From: Sphingomonadales bacterium
GTDB lineage: Bacteria > Pseudomonadota > Alphaproteobacteria > Sphingomonadales > Kordiimonadaceae
Direction: 5' to 3'
Assembly (NCBI GenBank): GCA_011088215.1
Contig: JAALKD010000003.1
Location: forward strand, 29,763 to 93,762
DNA length: 64,000 nucleotides
Both the position numbers and the translations under genes were made by a program. Positions 58,418 through 64,000 of the stretch are shown one piece after another. How positions within the stretch are numbered: position 1 is the first letter of the stretch; each line of letters begins with the position of its first letter. Under the pieces are notes generated by a model. That model did not search any database. It had not been told where the DNA came from and saw only the letters and a program-made list of their open reading frames with translations.

Positions 58418-59850
58418 CCGTGAGCACATCCCTAAAAGTGCGAAACCCCCGCACCGGTGAAAATGACTATGAAATTAGCGCCACCGCAAAAGAAGATGTC
58501 ACTTCGATTTGCACTGACCTGCGCTTGGCGCAAAAACACTGGGAGGCGTCCGGGCTGGAAAACCGGCTGTCTGTTTTGCGAGCATTTGCTACTTCAGTCA
58601 AATGGCACCGTGAAGAGATTTTAGCAGCCTTAACCGCCGATACAGGGCGACGCTACATTTCGTCAATGGAAGTGGACGGCATCGGGTCAACCGTTGAACG
58701 CTGGGCAAAAATCGCCAATGACCACGTGCCAGCCACGGGAACGTCATCGGCATTGCCATTCATAAAATACACTGTTGGATTTAAGGTGTATCCACTGGTC
58801 GGTGTCATTAGTCCATGGAACTTCCCATTAACCCTTTCATTGATTGACGCTCTGCCAGCATTGGTTGCAGGTGCGGCTGTCATTATAAAACCCAGCGAAG
58901 TAACACCGAGATTTGCAGCTCCGCTGCGCCGGGCGATAGCAGATGTACCCGAACTGGCTGCTGTATTGAAAGTGGTTGACGGTGCCGGTGAAACCGGCGC
59001 GGCACTGGTCGACAATGTCGATACAATTTGTTTCACTGGCAGTGTTGCCACAGGCCGCAAGGTGGGCGAACAGGCTGCAAGAAATTTCATCCCAAGTTTT
59101 CTTGAATTGGGCGGCAAGGATCCGGCAATTGTGCTCGCTAGCGCTGATGTCGAACGTGCCGCAACATCCTTGCTGCGCGCATCGACCCTCAACACTGGCC
59201 AAGCCTGCCAATCAATTGAACGAATTTATGTTGCTGAAGAAATATATGAAGAATTTTTGAAGCTACTTTGCCAAAAAGCAAAGGGCGTTTCGATCAATGC
59301 TGAGTCAATCGACCAAGGAATGATCGGCCCGGTTATTTTTGACAAACAAGCAACTATTATAGCTGACCAAATTGCCGACGCCAAAAGCAAAGGAGCCACC
59401 ATCCATACAGGTGGTGTTATCGAAAACCACGGCGGCCTCTGGTGCCGCCCAACCGTTATTTCAGGTCTCACCAGTGAAATGAAAATCATGCTGGAGGAAA
59501 CTTTTGGCCCGCTTCTGCCAGTAATCCCTTTTAAAACTGCAGACGAAGCCATCGCGCTTGCAAACAAGTCTGAGTATGGACTGAGTGCCGCCGTTTTTGC
59601 GGGGTCTGAGGAAGAGGCCTACGTAGTAGCAAACCAACTGGAGGCTGGCGGCATCAGCGTTAATGACGCCTCACTCACCGGACTGATGCACGAGGCTGAA
59701 AAAAACAGCTTCAAGCTAAGCGGCATGGGTGCGTCGCGCATGGGCATAAGTGGCTACACCCGCTTTTTCCGCAAACGGTCGATCATGACCAACACAGCGG
59801 ATGTTTTTGACATCAGTCAGTTTGACGAAGCGAATACCCCTAATGGCTAA
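58414..59850 (+). CDS. NAD(P)-dependent aldehyde dehydrogenase
   Basis: SPWNFP, KPSEVTP, FTGSVATG, LELGGKDP, NTGQACQSIER, EETFGP; ATGA overlap with DUF1330. Confidence 0.92.
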   Translation: MTVSTSLKVRNPRTGENDYEISATAKEDVTSICTDLRLAQKHWEASGLENRLSVLRAFATSVKWHREEILAALTADTGRRYISSMEVDGIGSTVERWAKIANDHVPATGTSSALPFIKYTVGFKVYPLVGVISPWNFPLTLSLIDALPALVAGAAVIIKPSEVTPRFAAPLRRAIADVPELAAVLKVVDGAGETGAALVDNVDTICFTGSVATGRKVGEQAARNFIPSFLELGGKDPAIVLASADVERAATSLLRASTLNTGQACQSIERIYVAEEIYEEFLKLLCQKAKGVSINAESIDQGMIGPVIFDKQATIIADQIADAKSKGATIHTGGVIENHGGLWCRPTVISGLTSEMKIMLEETFGPLLPVIPFKTADEAIALANKSEYGLSAAVFAGSEEEAYVVANQLEAGGISVNDASLTGLMHEAEKNSFKLSGMGASRMGISGYTRFFRKRSIMTNTADVFDISQFDEANTPNG

Positions 59851-59914
59851 ACCGTTGATGTAAGTCATAGCTTACCACCGGTACGTCTCAATAGGTTAAT
59901 CCGAGTATAATAAA

Positions 59915-60646
59915 GTGGACCCCTATATGACGCCCGAACTCATTGCTCTTATTACAGCGGCTGGCTCTATTGCGCTTTTGCACACTCTGATGGGCCCGGA
60001 CCATTATTTGCCATTTGTTGCACTGGGCAAATCGCGTGGCTGGAGCACAGAAAAAATGGCAGCTGTCACTGTTGGGTGTGGGCTGGGCCATTCGGTTGGC
60101 TCAATAGTTCTGGGACTCATAGGAATTTGGGCTGGAACCGCGTTGGACAGCCTTACCGGCATTGAGGGATTGCGCGGTGATCTTGCGGCGTGGGCGCTAT
60201 TGTCATTTGGCATTCTTTATATGGTTTGGGGTATTCGCCGGGCTGTGCGAAATAAACCGCACAGTCATTATCATGTCCACGCGGACGGTACGGGACATAC
60301 CCATAGCCATACCCACAAAACCGAGCATTTGCATGTGCATGAAGCGCCGGCAACCTCGCGCCTGAAGTTTGCACCTTGGACAATTTTCATCATCTTCGTG
60401 CTTGGCCCCTGCGAGCCCCTGATCCCCTTAATGATGTACCCAGCGGCTACCGTTTCGGCATTTGCCATGACGGCAGTGGTTGGCACTTTTGTGGTGGTGA
60501 CAGTGGCCACCATGACGGCGGTTGCGTTGGCGGTTTTCAAAGGGCTGCAATTTGTACCCGCAGCCTCTTTACAAAGATACACGCACGCGATCGCGGGTAG
60601 CACGCTTGCTTTCTGCGGTTTCGCAATCGTCGGCCTTGGACTGTAG
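59915..60646 (+). CDS. Nickel/cobalt transporter-like membrane protein (UreH/RcnA/NicO group) with His-rich loop
   Basis: LHTLMGPDHYLP, GLGHSVG, loop HSHYHVHADGTGHTHSHTHKTEHLHVH, LGPCEPLIP. Confidence 0.75.
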   Translation: MDPYMTPELIALITAAGSIALLHTLMGPDHYLPFVALGKSRGWSTEKMAAVTVGCGLGHSVGSIVLGLIGIWAGTALDSLTGIEGLRGDLAAWALLSFGILYMVWGIRRAVRNKPHSHYHVHADGTGHTHSHTHKTEHLHVHEAPATSRLKFAPWTIFIIFVLGPCEPLIPLMMYPAATVSAFAMTAVVGTFVVVTVATMTAVALAVFKGLQFVPAASLQRYTHAIAGSTLAFCGFAIVGLGL

Positions 60647-60656
60647 GGAGAGTTTA

Positions 60657-61565
60657 GTGACTGACTTTGGATACAAAGCAATCGATAGCGTCGTCAATAT
60701 ATGGACGCCGGAAGCCCTTAGTCATCGCCCGGGTTGGACGGATGAATTTTTTGTCGGAAAAATGAAAGGCAAGCACGACGAAGTTGGCATCAGCCTTGAA
60801 AAAATGATCGACGACATGGATGCTGCTGGCATCGAATATGGCTTTCTGGTTGCAGCGAAAGCCGGGCGCCCCGGTCTACCCGGTTGTTATCACATGCCGC
60901 CCGAAGTTGTAGCCGAAGCTGTCAAAAAATACCCGAAACGTTTTCTAGGGCTTATAGGCATCGACCCGTTTCAGGGTATGGACGGCGTGCGTGCCATGGA
61001 GCATGCGGTCAAAGAACTTGGCTTTATCGGCGCGCATCTCTATCCGCATTGGTACAATCTTGAGCCAAACGCAGCGCAGTATTACCCGTTTTATGCCAAA
61101 TGCATTGAACTGGGTATTCCCATCCAGATGCAGGTTGGTCAATCACTGATTTATTCCAAAGAGTATCGCTGTCGGTCTGTAGGCCGGCCCATATATTTGG
61201 ATGATATCGCCTGCGACTTGCCAGAGCTTAAACTGATCGGCACGCATGTTGGTATTCCGTGGCACGACGAAATGATCGCCATGTCGTGGAAACATGAAAA
61301 TGTTTATATCGCCACCGACGCCCACAGCCCCAAATACTGGCCAGAAAGCGTTTGGAAATATATCAACAGCTACGGCCAGGACAAAGTAATTTTCGGCTCG
61401 GATTTTCCGGTTCTCCGGTTCGGCCGAACTGTATCCGAGATCGACGATTACGGCCTGAAACCTGCTGTTCGCAAAAAATTCATGCGTAATAATGTGGTCA
61501 AACTATACGGCTTAGAGAAACTCGGCATCAAGCCCGCGCCTGATCATCAAGCAGGGGGCAACTGA
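60657..61565 (+). CDS. Amidohydrolase-superfamily (Amidohydro_2) metalloenzyme
   Basis: FLGLIGIDP, GAHLYPHW, LKLIGTHVGIPW, KVIFGSDFP. GTG start after AGGGAG. Confidence 0.85.
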   Translation: MTDFGYKAIDSVVNIWTPEALSHRPGWTDEFFVGKMKGKHDEVGISLEKMIDDMDAAGIEYGFLVAAKAGRPGLPGCYHMPPEVVAEAVKKYPKRFLGLIGIDPFQGMDGVRAMEHAVKELGFIGAHLYPHWYNLEPNAAQYYPFYAKCIELGIPIQMQVGQSLIYSKEYRCRSVGRPIYLDDIACDLPELKLIGTHVGIPWHDEMIAMSWKHENVYIATDAHSPKYWPESVWKYINSYGQDKVIFGSDFPVLRFGRTVSEIDDYGLKPAVRKKFMRNNVVKLYGLEKLGIKPAPDHQAGGN

Positions 61566-61566
61566 T

Positions 61567-62778
61567 ATGCCCGGCCCGTTGGTCGGCATCAAGGTTGTTG
61601 AGTTTACCAGTGTGGTCCTGGGGCCGTGGGCATGCCAGATGCTCGGCGACATGGGCGCAGATGTGGTGAAGGTTGAGCCACCAACAGGCGACACCAATCG
61701 CAATCTGGGCCCTTACCGCGAGACCGGCAATATGTGCGCGCTTTATATGACCTGTAACCGTAACAAGCGGTCGGTCGTGCTGGACCTGAAGTCTGATAAA
61801 GGCCGCGAGGCCGCGTTTAAAATGGTCGCTGATGCCGATGTGATGGTGCATAATTTTCGGCCTACCGCGATGGAAAAACTGGGTCTGGACTACGGCGCCG
61901 TTAAGGCCGTAAATCCCAACATTATTTACTGCGCCACCTATGGTTTCAGCCGCAAAGGTCGCTACGGCAACCGCGGCGCGCTTGATGACGGCATTCAGGC
62001 TGTATCTGGCATCTCCATGTTGATGGCACGTGCACTAGGTGATGATCAGCCGCGTTACCTGCCCACCGTTATTGCCGACAAAACAACTGGCTTGAATGTG
62101 GTGAATGCGGTTTGCGCCGCGCTCTTCTCGCGGGAACGCACCGGCAAAGGCCAGTCCATCGAGGTGCCGATGTTTGAAAGTACGGTTTCGTTTCTCATGG
62201 CAGAGCACCAGTGGGGCCAAACCTTCGAGCCAGCTATTGGCGGTGCCGGTTACGCCCGGTTGCTTGCGGACAACCGAAAGCCCTACAAAACCAAAGATGG
62301 TTACATCTCTATGTTGCCCTATTGGGACAACCACTGGAAAACATTCTGCGGTATCATTAACCGACCCGATATGGTCACCGATCCAAAGTTCGATCGCATG
62401 AAAAACCGGTTGGTCAACATTAATGAAATGCACGCGCAAATCAGCGCTGCGCTTCTGGAACGCACGACCGATGAGTGGGTCGCAGCACTGGAGCCAACCA
62501 ATGTGCCCTTTATGGTCGTCAATTCTTTGGATGATCTGATCAATGACCCACATCTGGTTGAAAGCGGATACTGGCAGATATTTGATCACCCGACCGAAGG
62601 CAAGATCCGCATGGGATCATCGCCTTACAACTTCTCTGAAACCCCGGCTTCCATTCGCCGCCTGCCGCCCCATCTGGGAGAGCACAGCCGCGAAATACTG
62701 TCCGAAGCAGGATACAGCGACCAGGAAATTGACACCATGCTGGCGGACGGAGTTACCCGCACGCAGCAACCCCGATAA
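61567..62778 (+). CDS. Third class III CoA-transferase
   Basis: VVLGPWAC, VVKVEPPTGD, NRNKRSVVLDLK, HNFRP, IADKTTG. Confidence 0.92.
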   Translation: MPGPLVGIKVVEFTSVVLGPWACQMLGDMGADVVKVEPPTGDTNRNLGPYRETGNMCALYMTCNRNKRSVVLDLKSDKGREAAFKMVADADVMVHNFRPTAMEKLGLDYGAVKAVNPNIIYCATYGFSRKGRYGNRGALDDGIQAVSGISMLMARALGDDQPRYLPTVIADKTTGLNVVNAVCAALFSRERTGKGQSIEVPMFESTVSFLMAEHQWGQTFEPAIGGAGYARLLADNRKPYKTKDGYISMLPYWDNHWKTFCGIINRPDMVTDPKFDRMKNRLVNINEMHAQISAALLERTTDEWVAALEPTNVPFMVVNSLDDLINDPHLVESGYWQIFDHPTEGKIRMGSSPYNFSETPASIRRLPPHLGEHSREILSEAGYSDQEIDTMLADGVTRTQQPR

Positions 62779-62797
62779 CCGTTAACTGGAGGAAACC

Positions 62798-63070
62798 ATG
62801 AGCAAACATGTTCAGGATGAAAAACCACCGATGACCGCCGAAGCCAAAGAGTGGTTCGATAAGGAAATCGCATCGCAGGAAGATCGTTACAAAGCGATTG
62901 TCGACGAACAGGACGGCCTGATCCCAGAGCGGGAGAAATGGTACACCGATTTTCTGGAAATTGTTCAAACACGAGGCTTCAGCGTGACGGGCGACACCCG
63001 CCGTCCGATCAGCAAAGAAGAAGTTCCGGAAAAGCCCGACCGCCCCGACGCCATGCGCGTTGTTTGGTAA
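62798..63070 (+). CDS. Small acidic hypothetical protein
   Basis: 90 aa, SD GGAGG, sits between the CoA-transferase and cupin genes in one operon. Confidence 0.78.
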   Translation: MSKHVQDEKPPMTAEAKEWFDKEIASQEDRYKAIVDEQDGLIPEREKWYTDFLEIVQTRGFSVTGDTRRPISKEEVPEKPDRPDAMRVVW

Positions 63071-63096
63071 ATTTGACATAAGAAAAGGAATATAAA

Positions 63097-64000
63097 ATGG
63101 CACGTCCTCATATGGAGCCCTATGTCGAGTTTAATGAAGATTACCGGCTGTTTGATTTTGCCGGGTATAAAGACGCACACTATAAAGTGCTGTCACTCGA
63201 CACTGACACAGGCGCAAGTTCACTCAAAGTCCGCTTCGACGGTGGCTACGCCCGCAAGCCCGGCCTTTGCTATTCAGATATGGAAATTTTTGTCCTTAAC
63301 GGCGAGATGAAAGTTGGCACAGAAACCTGGGTTGAAGGCCACTTTGCATTCATTCCCGCAGGTGTTGCCCTAGGCGCGATAGAAGTTGCCCAAGGCGCAG
63401 AGGCAATAGTTTGGTACAACGACAGCGAACCCACATTTGAAGAAACCGACCGCGACCATCCGTTGGCACTAAAAGAAGGTTTCATCTCGGTAAACAGCTA
63501 TCTTGATCGCCCGTGGGCAAGCGGATCAATCGTATCACCAGCCACTGCAACAGGGTGCATGTTGAAGCTGCTGCGCTTTGACCCAATCACAGAAGCCATG
63601 ACCTTCCTTTACTGCATGACACCAGAGTTTATGCAGGACAACATCAGCTATCATGATTGTTCAGAGGAAAGTTATCATATCTGGGGCACCAGCTGGATGA
63701 TGCAGTTCGGCGAACTGCCTACAGGGGGCTATTTCTGGCGCCCGCCATACATTAACCACGGCTCGTTCCGGTCCAAGCTAGGCTGTATTGCGATTGGTCG
63801 CACCGACAGCAAGCTGCATAATTATTTCCACTTTAATCCCTGGACCAACCCTGATGACAATCAGGCACGCGCGGCATCATTCCTATACCGCCAACGCCCG
63901 CAGCTATTTCAGTGGGTTGCCTCAGGCGGCCACAATCACCCACACGGACCACAGGGACAATTGAAGCCACAAAAACCGCCGCATGACTTTGAAACCCCTG
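63097..64000 (+). CDS. Bicupin (DUF4437/ChrR-like) protein, truncated by the window edge
   Basis: Not in the ORF track. ATG 63097 after AAGGA, open to the end: MARPHMEPYVE...EIFVLNG...FIPAGV...YHDCSEESYHIWG...YFWRPPYINHG, i.e. cupin motifs with metal ligands in the second domain. Confidence 0.75.
   Translation, partial: MARPHMEPYVEFNEDYRLFDFAGYKDAHYKVLSLDTDTGASSLKVRFDGGYARKPGLCYSDMEIFVLNGEMKVGTETWVEGHFAFIPAGVALGAIEVAQGAEAIVWYNDSEPTFEETDRDHPLALKEGFISVNSYLDRPWASGSIVSPATATGCMLKLLRFDPITEAMTFLYCMTPEFMQDNISYHDCSEESYHIWGTSWMMQFGELPTGGYFWRPPYINHGSFRSKLGCIAIGRTDSKLHNYFHFNPWTNPDDNQARAASFLYRQRPQLFQWVASGGHNHPHGPQGQLKPQKPPHDFETP

Noticed and set aside
2929-63485. Antisense and alternate-frame ORFs up to about 180 aa (e.g. 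13373-13915, 53434-53964, 58653-59195, 62035-62589)
   Set aside because: They lie wholly over well-supported genes and show no family motifs or SD; treated as shadow ORFs.
1-64000. CRISPR arrays, tRNA/rRNA genes, IS elements, integrases, prophage or defence genes
   Set aside because: None recognised: no repeat-spacer structure, no transposase or recombinase motifs, and the intergenic gaps are short and mostly explained.

Overview
A gene-dense 64-kb window that looks like a marine alphaproteobacterial chromosome segment; the many TonB-dependent receptors suggest something Kordiimonas-like, but that taxon is only a guess. I found no rRNA, tRNA, CRISPR array, transposase or integrase. The left end (1-16 kb) holds a TonB receptor that runs off the window edge, an aminotransferase / TPP-enzyme / aldehyde dehydrogenase module with a GcvA-like regulator, manD and kdgK, and an SDR / CrtI-like flavoprotein / nitrilase-family operon. 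From about 16 kb to the right edge is one large catabolic island. It carries three more TonB receptors, two MFS permeases, an ATP-dependent hydantoinase/lactamase pair, two PuuE-like deacetylase-fold hydrolases, two NicF-like isochorismatases, a divergent LeuCD, three class III CoA-transferases and two HMG-CoA-lyase-family enzymes. It also carries five VOC proteins, four dimeric alpha/beta-barrel proteins, two alpha/beta-hydrolase-fold proteins with His at the nucleophile position, DUF3598, DUF1838, a DUF4437-like cupin and a decayed CpcT/CpeT-like (bilin-lyase family) gene. Two families of palindromic operators read directly from the DNA tie these operons together. My leading hypothesis (inference) is an undescribed uptake and catabolic system for pyrrole/lactam/cyclic-imide compounds, possibly tetrapyrrole (bilin) breakdown products, running through substituted maleamate, maleate and malate to CoA-dependent retro-aldol cleavage. 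All family names come from motif recognition by eye, not database searches. Many CDS starts were trimmed from the ORF track to the start codon with a Shine-Dalgarno (SD) sequence.
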